DNA of 64,000 nt from Antechinus flavipes (lineage: Eukaryota), in the NCBI RefSeq assembly GCF_016432865.1, contig NC_067403.1:245892001-245956000 (forward strand), given 5' to 3'. The notes below the pieces were generated by a model, which saw only the letters and a list, made by a program, of their open reading frames with translations, was not told where the DNA came from and made no database searches. Made by a program: the position numbers and the translations under genes. How positions within the stretch are numbered: the first letter of the stretch is position 1; every line of letters starts with the position of its first letter. Below are positions 12,640 through 25,345 of the stretch, in pieces.

Positions 12640-13085
12640 GAACAGGTAGGTGATACAATGAATAGAGTTTTGGGCCTGAAGTCCTTAAGACTTCGTCTTG
12701 AGTTCAAATTTGGCCTCCGATACTAAATAGCACAATGTCTTTGGGCATGTCACTTAACTTTGTTGTTTGCATGTGTCATGGTAAAAAGAGAATATTATTA
12801 GAAATAGCAGTAATAATTATAACAGCTTCTTGTATTTTAGAGCATCTACTATTTGCCAGGCCCATTGCTAAGTCATTTAATTGTATCATTCACTTGTACC
12901 TCAAAAGAAGTCTGAAATATAGGCGCTATGGCTTTGCCCATTTTCTAGATGGAGAAACAGAAGGAAACAGACATTCTCTGATGTACTCAGAGCCCCACAA
13001 ATAGTCTGTTTTGAGGACAAATTTTAAGTTGGACCTTCCCAACTACAGGCCAGTGTCAACCATTATGCTACCTAACAGCCCCTAG
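12640..13085. mobile_element. MIR/CORE-SINE relics
   Basis: Contains GAGTTCAAATTTGGCC, GTCACTTAAC and CCCATTTTCTAGATGGAGAAAC MIR-core motifs. Confidence 0.65.
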
Positions 13086-14689
13086 GCATTACACTTATGC
13101 CCTATCGTTAATGGACCAAATAATATCAAAAGTTTTCATTAATATCATTTATCTGACAGAAAAATAAAAATTAATACAATTCTCTTTTTTGACATCATAC
13201 TTAGTAAAATAGTTCATTTTTTTTAAAAAAGCAAGCAAAAAACTCCTCACAATTTGTCAAAGTTGGTGGTCTGTCAAGAAGGCAATAACAAAGATACTGT
13301 TTTTGTAGAGTTAATTTCATAGAATTAACAGAGGTAATTAAGCCGAGACTTTAAAAAAAATGGAAATTATGCAAAAAAGACACTGAACTATTCCTCTGTG
13401 GATCAGCAGGTTGATTACTGTAACATATAACGGAAGAATATCAGTGGCAAACAGAAGAATCCAAATTTTTATAGTACTGTTTGTGGAAATGAAACAAATA
13501 TTTAAAACCTGGAATGGGAAATAGATATTCATCAGTGAATAATTCAACATATATTGATATGTGATTTTAATTAAAGAGTATACTAAGAAAAATGGCATCA
13601 TAAATAAGAGATCTGAGAAGACTTTGTAATGAACTGAGAAGAAAAGAGAATCAAATTCTATTTAACAATAATGTGAATTGACATAACAGTAATAGGAAGC
13701 TCAGGTGAGATTAATGACACGAACAAAATTTGATCTTGAAGAACAGATGACAAAGCCTGCTCTCCTGCTTTAAAAACAAGAGTTGGAGGTTATATAGTTC
13801 TGGAATATTGAATAATTGTCCCTGTATTGTTGTAATGTATGTTTTTTTTTTTTTTTTTGAAAATTTTAAAATTCTTTTTTACAAAAGAAATTAAGAGGTT
13901 GGGGGATTTGGGGAAATAGCTGTCCTTAAAAATAAATTATAAAATCCCTTGAAATATAAAACGAATTATAAATAACATAATTGTATTTATTGGGCTATTT
14001 TTGCATCTACTGATGAAGGGTTACCTTCCCATACCTTGGGTGGCAAATTGGGAGATGATATTCTATATAAAGTACTTTTCATTTCTTGGACATTTTGTTT
14101 CTTTAATCTCTATCTTTGAGTGGGATCATAAAATTCAGACCTGCCAGATGGATCACTGAGAGTTCAAACCATAAATTTCTTTCAAGTAAGAGAAACGCAA
14201 GGATTGACAGCAAAAAAGTCTACACTTACCATTTTCAGATGAAATTAATCACATCCAACTGCTTATTTCTCTGAAGAATATAATCAAATAATATAAGCAT
14301 ATAAGTGGAATCCATTGATTTCTTTAATGCTTACAAAGATGTTAACAAATGTCTTTTTATCTAACCCTCACATTGGAACTCAATGACAGGACTTCAGATT
14401 AGAAGACTGAAATTCAGACAATCTGAATGACTTGTTTAAAATTCACAATGATTTTCAGTATTTCAGTATTTGAATGCAGTGTCCTTATTACTTCTGGTTC
14501 AGTACTTTCCTAGGCTATTTCTCCCACAAGAATTACAATATCACACAAACTAAAGCCTTACCTGCAAAAATAATCAACTCCTCTACTCAAAATGACCCTT
14601 TCATAAAAGTCGCTTTGAGCTTTATAAATAGAAATAGTTCCTGCCTTTCTTAGTCCTGTAGAGACAACACCTCTCCCATGCTACTTATC

Positions 14690-15148
14690 AACTTTTAATG
14701 AGATGGAAGATAAACTGGCTCAAAGTCCAGTAAATTGAGTCTTAATGAGGGGGGATTACATCAGAGAAAATCTGAGTTTTTAAGCCATAAAGCCATGTTT
14801 CATCATTCCTTCCGTACTTTTAATTTACTTAACTATTACATAATCTCTGTTCATCTCTCAAAAGGAGTTATTCTTTCTATGTTTTGGTGTTTGCCTTGCT
14901 TTTTTTTAGACATGCATTTTGTGAGAATTGTAATTGGTAAGAATTGAATATGTTAGCCACAGTAATTATCTTAAAAAATCATTGGCCAATTCTTCATTTT
15001 ATTGACAAAAATGAAAACACTTCCGTTATTTTAAAACAAATTTCCTTCTTTATATCATCTTATTGCAAAATGTAGTATTAGCTATGTTTACCCCACCATA
15101 AATAATGCACCCCAGATCTAAGGAAGATATGCTAATTCTTCCTGGGGA
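14690..15148. promoter_or_regulatory. Candidate OR promoter or enhancer: AACTTTTAATGA, a second TAATGA, and CTAATT next to TTCCTGGGGA
   Basis: Motifs at 14690-14701, 14743-14748 and 15132-15148 in largely non-repetitive DNA. Minus-strand donors AG|GTAAGG (~14560) and TG|GTAAGT (~14228) lie downstream. Confidence 0.4.
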
Positions 15149-16084
15149 CATTGAGATAGCAAAGCAGTGTTAGTAATACTCTGTTAAGAAGCAAATTACA
15201 AGGAAGTGAATCATAGCAATTCTTCTTTCCTTTTTTTGTGCGTGAGTAACTTATCTTTCTTCTTTTTTTCCCTCAATTTGCTTAAAAGGACAATGTTGTT
15301 GTACATTTTGTCCCTATTAATTCACATTAAATAAAGACCATGAATATTCATAATAGTTGGATAGGCAAGCAATTAACAATTAATTTCTCTGAAAAAAAAT
15401 GAGTATCAATGGGTCTCATGACCTACCCAACCAATATCTTTAAATCTTTTAGGTCTTAAGATTGCACAGTGGAGCATGGAATAAAACATACCTATATTTT
15501 GCCATCTAACTTGCTAATGCAGTCTAAGGTTTCCTATACCTTTGCATTCTCTCTGCTACTGTACCCTTAAGATTTAAGGGCTTTCTTTTAGATTAGTAGT
15601 TGAATTCCTTATCTTTCTGTCTTTGTTTCTCTCTCTGACTGTATCTCTGTCTCTGTTTCTGTATGTCTCCTGTTTCTCTCTGCCTCTTTATCTTTCTCTC
15701 TTTTGTCCCTTCTTTTTCTTAAGCACACACACACACACATACACACATACATTATTAAATTAATATTTTTAAGAAAAATGTTTTTTATGTTACTAGGAAA
15801 AAGTAGAAAGCACAATAAAATTGCACTCAGATTATCAATTGATCGTTGTAATTATTTAAGATACAATAAAGGATTTAATCTAAGTCAAAATTGATCTAAG
15901 GAACATGGAAATTTTGGGCTGGCATTTTCTCTTTTCAAATAGAATCTCTTGACAATCTCTCATTTTAATGCCATTTTAGTGCAATGGAAAACAATAAATG
16001 GAAGTATTTTTAAAAATAGGAAGTATGGCAAAAGTGAATTAGTATTCACTAATCCATTTAGATATGACTGCTCCATATGCGAAT

Positions 16085-17008
16085 TCACTTAGGAAGTAGT
16101 TTTCTCAGTGCAGCAATGACATCCTTATTTCTCAGACTGTAGATGATGGGGTTAAACATTGGGGTCACAGTGGTGTAGAAAAGAGCAAGCACTTTGCTGG
16201 ATCTTGATGACTGACTGGATTTTGGCTGCAAATACACAATACTTCCAGACCCATAAAAAAAGCACACAACCATTAGGTGGGAAGAACAAGTGGAGAAGGC
16301 TTTGGATTTCCCTGAGGTGGAGGGCAATTTCATTATTGTAGTTATGATTTTGATATAGGAGGCAAGTATCAAAACAAAGGGAATTGTAACAACGAGTAGA
16401 GCCACAACATGAACAGAGACTTCTATCTTATATGTGTCTGTACATGCCAATGGGAATAAGGGTGGGGCATCACAGAAAATGTGATTGATTTTATTAGGGC
16501 CACAAAAGTTGAGAGAGAATACCTGGTATATCTGACCAATCAGGACTGGGACCGCAGTCAGCCAGGAAGCCACAACCAGCTGGACACATACTTTGTGATT
16601 CATAATGAGAGTATAATAGAGAGGCTTAGTGATTGCCACATAACGGTCATAAGCCATCACAGTCAGGAGAAAGCACTCTGCCACTCCAAAAATATAAAAG
16701 AAACAAGTTTGTACAGCACAGGCCAGTAATGAAATAGTTCTCTTCTGGGTCCAGAGATCTGCCAACATTCTGGGGAGAGTGACTGATGTGTAACAGATTT
16801 CCAAAAAGGAAAAGTTCCCCAGGAAAAAATACATAGGGGTATGGAGAGCTGGATCAGTCTTGGTTATAACAATGAGGAGGCCATTTCCTATCAGTATACT
16901 TAGGTAGATGACAAAAAATATTCCAAATAGAAAACCTTGGAGATTAGGAAGGTCAGAAAATCCCAGAAGAATGAATTCCTTCACATATGTGAGATTTTCC
17001 TCTGCCAT
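16085..17008 (-). CDS. OR10AG1-like: Intact olfactory receptor, family 10 (OR10AG-like), 307 aa
   Basis: 7TM OR motifs [27 protein letters not shown] and PMFNPIIYSLRN, with an N-terminal NLT sequon. A splice acceptor (...TTTTCACAG|G) lies at 17025/17024. Confidence 0.95.
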   Translation of the reverse strand: MAEENLTYVKEFILLGFSDLPNLQGFLFGIFFVIYLSILIGNGLLIVITKTDPALHTPMYFFLGNFSFLEICYTSVTLPRMLADLWTQKRTISLLACAVQTCFFYIFGVAECFLLTVMAYDRYVAITKPLYYTLIMNHKVCVQLVVASWLTAVPVLIGQIYQVFSLNFCGPNKINHIFCDAPPLFPLACTDTYKIEVSVHVVALLVVTIPFVLILASYIKIITTIMKLPSTSGKSKAFSTCSSHLMVVCFFYGSGSIVYLQPKSSQSSRSSKVLALFYTTVTPMFNPIIYSLRNKDVIAALRKLLPK

Positions 17009-17474
17009 TGTATTTTTCTTCTGCCTGTGAAAATGATGAATTCAAAATGAAGCAATCACTTTTCTTCTCTGGTCCTCAGTTTTCTTCATCCAAACAGGAA
17101 GAGTTGGATTTGAAAATCTGCCATTTCCCTCCTAGATTTCATTCCAGGTTTTCATCACCAGCTCCAACATCCAATACTTCATTTTCTGTCTCAGTTCTAA
17201 CTTTCTATATAATTAGGTAAAAATAAACAAAAAAAAAATCGACTAATAAGGGATTTACTCTGTATCCTAAATCAAGGATTCTAATCACCAATTAGCCACT
17301 CTTTTTTTTCTTCCCTAAACTGTTTTCTTCACTGCCATCTTCAATTCAATAATTCAGTGTTGAATTTTTTGTTTTCTTTTGTACCAAATGTTGCTTTACA
17401 TTAACCATATGAGATAATCATACGGTCAACCGAACTGCTCTGTGCCCTGCTCTTGAGTGCCCCAGATTGAGCAC

Positions 17475-17583
17475 TGTGTCTGGATCTGCTCATGGGAGGA
17501 TTTCGGTACCAGCCTAAGTCCTGATCATTGGTGAAGAGTGATGAGGCGAAACTCATGAGGATGGTCAAGCAAGATCCCTTTTT
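17475..17583 (-). mobile_element. R-U5 fragment of LTR family A
   Basis: Matches 8296-8405 (GCTCATGGGAGGA...GAGTGATGAGGC...GGATGGTCAAGCA). Confidence 0.7.
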
Positions 17584-19763
17584 TGTGAAGCTGAAAACGC
17601 TAAGGCTCAGTTGGACATCTGAGTGCCTATAATGTGTTATTTTTCTCCATACTATCCTGTCTCAACATAAGAAGTGATAAGCTTATACATTCCTTATGAC
17701 AGAACACCGTGGGTAGTTTTTATTTTTGTCTCCACTGATCTAATTCACCTGGGATTATTTATTTATTTTTTTTATGTGCCACTTGCAAAGCATTTTCCTA
17801 GATGCTAGAAATTCAACAAAATGGAACTATTCCCATATAAAAGAAAATTATATTCTACCAAAATTGGAACTACATTTAAATACTTTTAAAAATATAATGA
17901 ATTTTAATGACATAGAGAACACAAAAAGCAAAACTTCTATTGTAAGGTTGCATCTTAGTTTATTATAATTATAATTACTTTAGTAGAACATTAGAAGAAA
18001 TTCTGTTTTATGCTTTTCTTTGTATTCTCAATATTCTGCATTTTGTCTAGAACATAAAAATGTTCTTAATGAGTGCTTATTGACTAGGTGATTGACTTGT
18101 AGAAATGTAAGTATTCAAGAAGTTCAAGGAAAGGAAGAAACAAGCATTTATTAAGAGCCTAATATGTGACAGTTACCATGCTAAGTGCTTTAAATTGGGA
18201 AATAGTTGATATTAATATCCACTTTATACTTTAGGAAACTTAAATAAACAACTAAATAACTTGCCCAGAATCACAGAGTTCAAAAGTATATAAAGCTTTA
18301 TTGAATTCTGGTATTCTGAAATCAGGCCTAACACTACAATAACTACTCTCTAGTGGAGATAGTGGGTTAAAAGAGAAAAGTAATGCTTTCTAGTTATGAA
18401 AGAACACCTGTGTGAATAGACAGAGATGAAATGTGGAAAGCATAATTAGGAATTTAGCACATAGTCCTGTTTGATTGGAACACAGAGTAGTTGTAAAACA
18501 GTAATATGTACTTCTGTTCTTTTATTTATTTTAAAAATGTTTTAATAAATTTGTTTTCTGTGTAATCTTAAATATTTTAATCTGTATATTTAAAAACATT
18601 ATCTTGAATCATAGTTCATTGGCTTTATATATATTCCCATCAGAGATCATACCCAAATTAAAAATATTATGAATCTCTACTCTGAATGCTGGGTTTGAAT
18701 CTAGATTGAAGGAATTTAAATATTAAGCTAAGCAATTTCTATTTTATGTTAAGGAGAGGACAGTTACTGAAAATGCTTTATCAAGACTATAAATGGCACA
18801 GTCATATTTGCTTCTTTTGGGGAATACAGTTTTCCGTTTTTTGAATTTAGTAAGAAATGTGACTATAATTTGATTTAAGATCACTCATTAGAACCCCAGA
18901 GTAAGGAAAAAAATGGAATTATAGTAATACCAGTAATGGAAAACAAAGAAAATGACAGTGACCATGAACAGTGAATCTAAATGAAATTGTAATGTTCTTT
19001 CCCATTGAGTTTCTGATGGTTTGTTACAATATTTCAACACATAGTAAGGGGTATGGCAGGATACCAGGTAACCAAAACAGTCATAATAAATATAGCCTCA
19101 TCTAGATGTTTAGGGGACCATAAAGTGGATTGCCTTTTATGACTATTTGTTCTTTCAGTTCTATCAAGCCAATAATTCAATTCATTATGACCTTAGGGAT
19201 TGGAGTGAGGGGTTGATTGGAGATTTTTAAAACCCAATTACTGGTTGAGACAATCTTTCTACTTTTCAAATGATTATTTTTGAGTATACTACAAAACTAA
19301 TGACAATAACAGCAATGTCAAAATAAACAAATAAAAAAGAAAGCTATCTTCTCATGACTTTTGGACTCTTGTTCTTAAAGATGAATTAGAATAGCAGTTC
19401 ATTCCAGGAGAAATCCCAGTCTGTTCTGATTAAGTTCTGAGTCCTCAATAGAGGACTTATTTTTCTTGCCTAATGAAAACATATCCTTTCTTAATTCCCA
19501 TCTTTTAATAGTTCTCAAAATCCTGTTAAGCATCAATGTACTGACTGACCTCACCATCATTTGTCTTTAGTTTATATGATTATATGTCGAACAATACAGT
19601 GAGAAAATCAAATTTGTTCCATTTTTCAATCAATTCTATTTTGTAGTTGATTTCCCCCCATGTATTTTGTATAATTTTCAAAATCTCTCTACAATTGAGA
19701 AATTTCTAGCTTCAGAATTTCAGCCTTTGTCTCTAAACTTTTGTCCCATAAATCACCTTAATT

Positions 19764-19766
<3 letters not shown>

Positions 19767-19814
<48 letters not shown>
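19767..19814. repeat. (TA)24 microsatellite
   Basis: Direct reading of the sequence. Absent as a long run at the paralogous site in copy A. Confidence 0.95.
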
Positions 19815-19818
<4 letters not shown>

Positions 19819-21587
19819 CTACACAACTTACTGCCTTATATGCATAGGGGAGCCCTTTTATCTCACTCACAAGCCTGGCAAGATGCATGCGGTGCCAGAA
19901 AATCTGTTATCTCTGTTCTGCTAATAAGCCCTGCAGGTTTCAGATGAGCTCCATTATCGGACAGATTCCTTAAGCACAAGGAAAGGGTTCTTGCCCTGTA
20001 TTCCTGTATTCTGAATTTCTAGCCAATTATACTGTTTTTCCCATCTATGATGCTTGAGGCTTTTTAGCAAATCATGTTTTCCCCAGCTAAGATCCTGCCT
20101 TCTAATTTTTGGATACCCCTCCTTTTATCCATAAAAATTATTTGTCCACATTTTGGATATTTCTTTTCTTTTTCTGTTTTCTTTTTGGTTTATGGAGGAG
20201 CTTAAAACTCCTTTTTACTGATAAATGATACCTTTCCCAATACATTATACATGATTGGAACTTTGTGTCTCAGGTTACATTAATTTCACTCATGATACCA
20301 GAAAAAACCCTTTTAAGGCTAAGCTAATATACTCACAAGCAGAATGGTTCTATTAATGACAGCTTTTCAAAGTCTAATTTTACCTCAGAACTCAACTGGT
20401 TCATTGTCCTTACCAGATAATTACTTGCTTCTTGCCTTGACCTCAGCCTGGGGTTGTCATAGCCATCTAGTCTTAGGGGAAAAAAGAAGAAAACAATCTT
20501 ACTAGTGATGAAATATTTTCAATACACTACCTTCAGGGAAATTATGCCTTCCTCTCTTCATAATTCTTGTTTAAATGTCTTTTTTAAGTTAATTTCTTCA
20601 CCATTTATAAATATTACTCATTTTTTTTCTCCCAAAAAATCACTAATGTGGAAATATTTTATATAACTACATACTCAGTCTGTATAAATTGCCATGTGTC
20701 TCAAGGAAGCCCTGAGGAAGATAGAACTGGAATTTAAAACTTAACAGCAAATGTTAATTTTCTTTTACCTATACTTGGGTAAAAACATATTTTAAAAAAA
20801 TGTTACTTATTTGAAGTCATTTGAATAAAGTTTTTCTTAATACATTATCATTGTTCTTTCCAATTTATCAAATTTCTTCCTCTCCCTTAATTTTGCTGAA
20901 GTTAAAGAAACCTAATCTTCTTATGTGGGACAGAGACCACCAGTTCAAGTAAATCAAATAAATTAAAGAGATTTCTAAAAGTAAAACCAGAAAGGAATTG
21001 TCTTATGTTCTCACAAGAAAAGGCATCTCCCTCCTCAAAGCAGTTAGGCAAGGAGAGGTGAGGAGAGTTAACAGACAAGAATTATATAAGGGCTTGGGAT
21101 AACATTCCCTATAACTTCAATCTTTGCCCTGATTAGCCATGACAAATGATCTCACATTCTAAGTCATAAATGAGGAAAAACTTTGAACCCAACCACATTT
21201 TAAAGATTATTAAATTACCTTATATGGGAGTTTCACTACCAATGTGGCATCAATTTACTTTCCCCAAAAAAAGGTCCCATCCTTTTAAACCATGTGATCT
21301 CTGGAGAAAGAAACCTGTCCCTGAGGCACAGTTGACCTTCACTCAATTATTACAACCCTGTCTCTATCTTGTGAGATAGCTTTCACAGTTCACTTCATTC
21401 ATTTTGACGCAAGTTCTAATACCAGAATACAATATAGTCATGTCAACTAATTCTTTGATCATTAATTCTTCACTAGCCACATATTTGGCATGTGCTTGTT
21501 AATAACTAGCAACTGACCACTGTATGTAATCAAAACTTTTTCTCACCTTTCTTTATAAACATTTCTCTGAGAATTCATCAAAAACTG

Positions 21588-21810
21588 ATTTACAGCAGTG
21601 TTGGCTCCTCTGCCCTGGTTGCAAGGCAGTAAACCAGCAGAGAAGTTAGAAAACACCCACACCAAGACAAAAGGTAAATAGTGAACCCTAAATCATGTTG
21701 TCTTGATTGAAATTAATGTAACCTGAGTTCCAATCATGTATAATGTATTTGGAAAGGTATCATTTATCAGTAAAAAGGAGTCTTAAGTTCCTCCATAAAC
21801 AAAAAAAAAA
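21588..21810. other. Complex templated insertion made of two patches
   Basis: 21588-21688 matches 24275-24376 in direct orientation. About 21696-21810 is an inverted copy of sequence like 20185-20300. Confidence 0.9.
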
Positions 21811-22330
21811 TCCTTTAATTTAACAAAAGTAGAAATTTGAGACTCCCAATAATTGAAATAAGATGTCAGGAATCCTATTCCAGTGGGCTTTCCACTGTCC
21901 CATCCCACCTTTTTCAAATTATAAGAAGTAATACACCATTCTTTTATCATAATTTTTAAATGTATCTGTTTCAAAAGTCTATTCAGATTTTCAATTATTA
22001 ACATGGAATTTTTTCTGCTTTGTTCTCATAGATTTTGAAAGTAATAGTATTATGTTCATTTTAAAAAATTAATAACTATTGAAATGGTACCTCAGTTATT
22101 TAATTAACTTAATTGTATGCTTAAAATATTAATCAGTTTGTCAAAGTTTACAAACCACCTGAAATACTGTTACCTACCTACAATAAGGAAACGGTTTTCT
22201 CCTTACAAATTTTTTGGCACAACAATCAAGTACAAGGTTTTATTGATGTCTATGTCCCAAAAGGATAACTGTCATATGTCCCCAAAGATCATGACTCATT
22301 CAGTTTTTAAGAAAGAAATTAACTGCAAAC

Positions 22331-22340
22331 TCCCTGGGGA
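22331..22340. promoter_or_regulatory. O/E (Ebf) site, candidate promoter for the OR at 16085-17008
   Basis: TCCCTGGGGA lies 5.3 kb upstream of the ATG, in a block that is more conserved between the duplicates than its surroundings. Confidence 0.4.
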
Positions 22341-23807
22341 ACTCAAAGTAGACTAGATGTTAATTTAGAAGCTACTTTGACTTTCTTCAAGACAGCAGTC
22401 CTAGGCTGTTTCTCACTGGAAACGGAGCATAATGGAAGGAAGCAATTGGACTTTAAAACTTATGAGAATTTTTTTTTGTTCTTTCAAATAAGTGTTCCAT
22501 ATTTTTGCTATTGCAAATAAAAAATACCTGCAAAGACATTTTCAACATCCATCGTTACAAAACCTTGTGCTTCAAAGTTTTCTCCCTCCTTTTCCCCTAC
22601 TCCCTCTCCTAGACAGCAAGCAATCCAATGTATGTCAAACATGTGCAATCCTTCTACACCTTTTTCTACATTTATCATGCTACACAAGAAAATCACATCA
22701 AAAAAAATAAGAAAGAAAAAAAGAAAGCAAACAACAAAAAGATTAATGTTGTGATCCATATTCAGTCTCCATAGTTCTCTCTCCAGATGCAGATGGCTGC
22801 CCCCATCACTTCTATTTGAATTGGCCTGAATCACCTCATTATTGAAAATAGCTGCATCCACCCAAGTTGATCATCACATAATCTTGTTGCTGTTGTACAA
22901 TGTTCTGTTGGTTCTATTCACTTCACTTAGCATCAGTTCATGTAAGCCTCTACAAACCTTTCTGAAATCATCCTGCTGAATATATTTTTCTTATAGGACA
23001 ATAATATTTCATTATTAACATTCAGCCATTCCCCAACTAATGGGCATCCACTCAGTTTACAACTCTTTACCACTACAAAAAGGGCTGCTACTAACATTTT
23101 TGTACATGGGAATCTTTTTGCTCTTTTATGATCTCTTTAAGATATAGACCCAATAAAGACACTGCTAGATTAAAGGGTATGTACAGTTTGTTTTTTTCCC
23201 TTACAATTTTATTTATTTATTTATTTATTTTTTTGATTGAAGGTTTTTTTTTTAATTTTCAAAATTACAAGGATATTCAAGGATAATTTTTCTCCACTGA
23301 TCCTTGAAAAACACGGTGTTCCAAATTTCCCCCTTTTTTCCCTGCCCCTTCCTAGTCGATATGTAATTCAATATATGTTAAACATGGTAAAAACATATGT
23401 TAAATCCAATACAGACATATTTATATAATTATCTTGCTGTACAAGAAAAATCAGATCAAAAAGTTAAAAAAAAAGAAAAGAAAAATAAAATTAAAGCAAA
23501 CCACACCAAAAAGAATGAGAATGTTATGATGTGATCCACACTCAGTTTCCACAGTCCCCTCTGTAGGTATAGCTAGCTCTCTTCATCACAAGATCATCGG
23601 AACTGTCCTGAATCATCTCATTGTTGAAAAAAGCCACATCCATCAGAAATGACCATCATATAATCTTGTTTCTGTATACAGTGATCTCCTGGTTCTGTTC
23701 ATTTCACTCAGCATCAGTTCATATAAGTTTCTCCAGGCCTCTCTGAAATCATTCTGCTGGTTTTTTCTTTTTTTACAACATTTTTTTTTTATTAAAGCTT
23801 TTTATTT

Positions 23808-25289
23808 GGGGGGGGGAGGGGGGGGAGAAAAGATGACAAACATCTTTTTCTAAGCTCTTCCCAACATCTTCACACTTAGAGAAAACCCAGCCTCTGAATT
23901 AGTTCTGAACTGTTAGAAACTGCAAATATTGGGAGTGTAACAAACTACCAACATAAGATAATTTCTTTTCTTTTCTTTCTTTCTTTATTTATTTTGGCTG
24001 AATCAACTGAGGTTAAGTGACATGCCTAGGGTCACCCAACTAGGAATTGTTAAGTGTCTGAGACCAGATTTGAACTAGGGTCCTCCTGACTTCAGAGCTT
24101 GTTCTTTATGCACTGTGCCACCTAGCTGCCCTAAGATAATTTCTAAGATCACCAGAAAAGATCTGTTTCAATCAGGCACAGAAAGAGGCAGGCCAAGCAG
24201 AAGCAGGCTGACCACAGATGCAGAGTGAAGGTAGCACAGATCTGGGGCAGCAAGGGCTCTGTGTGCTAGGAGGAATTTACAGCAGTGTTGGCTCCTCTGC
24301 CCTGGTTGCAAGGCAGTAAACCAGCAGAGAAGTTAGAAAACACCCAACACCAAGACAAAAGGTAAATAGTGAACCCCAAGCCCCAGAATTTCACAGGACC
24401 AAGCCACACACACCCAGCACTAGATGTCAGTAAGCACTGACCCAGCTCAGCTACTTCCAGTGGTAGAAGGTTGGACAACTTCCCTTGCTCTAAAAATAGA
24501 TCTCAACTTTTAATAAAAATGAGCAAAAAAGCAAAAAGAACATTTACCATAGATAATTGTCATGGTAAAACACAAGAACAGATTTCAAATCCTGAAGTCA
24601 CTAAAAGCAGATTGTCTCCAAATGAAGTCCCAAAAGGTGACATAAATTGGTCCCCATCTCACAAGGCTCTCTTGGAAGAAAATTTTTAAAAAGATCTTAA
24701 AAGAGAACTAGAAGAAAAATCGGGAAATAAATGAGAACTTTGAAAGAAGGTTTGGAAAAGAAAACCCAGAAATTAACTGAAGAAAAGTACTTACAAAATC
24801 GAGTTAGTGTAGGGCAGCTAGAAGGCATAGTGGATAGAGCACTGGCCCTGAAATCAGAAGGATGTGACTTCAAATCTAGCCTCAAACACTTAATAATTCC
24901 TAACTGGATGATGCTAGCTTAAGCCCAAGTGCCTCAGCAAAAAATAAAAAAGAAAAAGAAAAAGAAAAAAAATAGATTTAGTGAAATGGAAAAAGCATAT
25001 AATACCTTGCAAAATACATTTGATTATTGGAAAATGGAAATGGGAAAGGAAACAATTCTGAAAAACAGAATTTGTGAAACAGAAAAAGAAAACAACTCCC
25101 TGAAAAACAGAACGAGTGAAATGGGGAAAAAAATCTATTGAATAAAAAGACTCATTTAAAAATTCAATTGGCCAAATACAAAAAGAACTAAAAAAGGCAA
25201 GTGAAGAAAATAATTCACTAAAAATCAGAACTGAACAAGTGAAAATGAATGACTCAATGAGACATCAAGAAAAAGTCAAGCAAAAAAAA

Positions 25290-25345
<56 letters not shown>

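Larger units (their letters stand above)
19002..25134. repeat. Segmental duplication copy B; paralogous to 1-6102
   Basis: Same alignment. Homology ends inside L1 ORF1, where copy A switches to a minus-strand L1. Confidence 0.95.
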
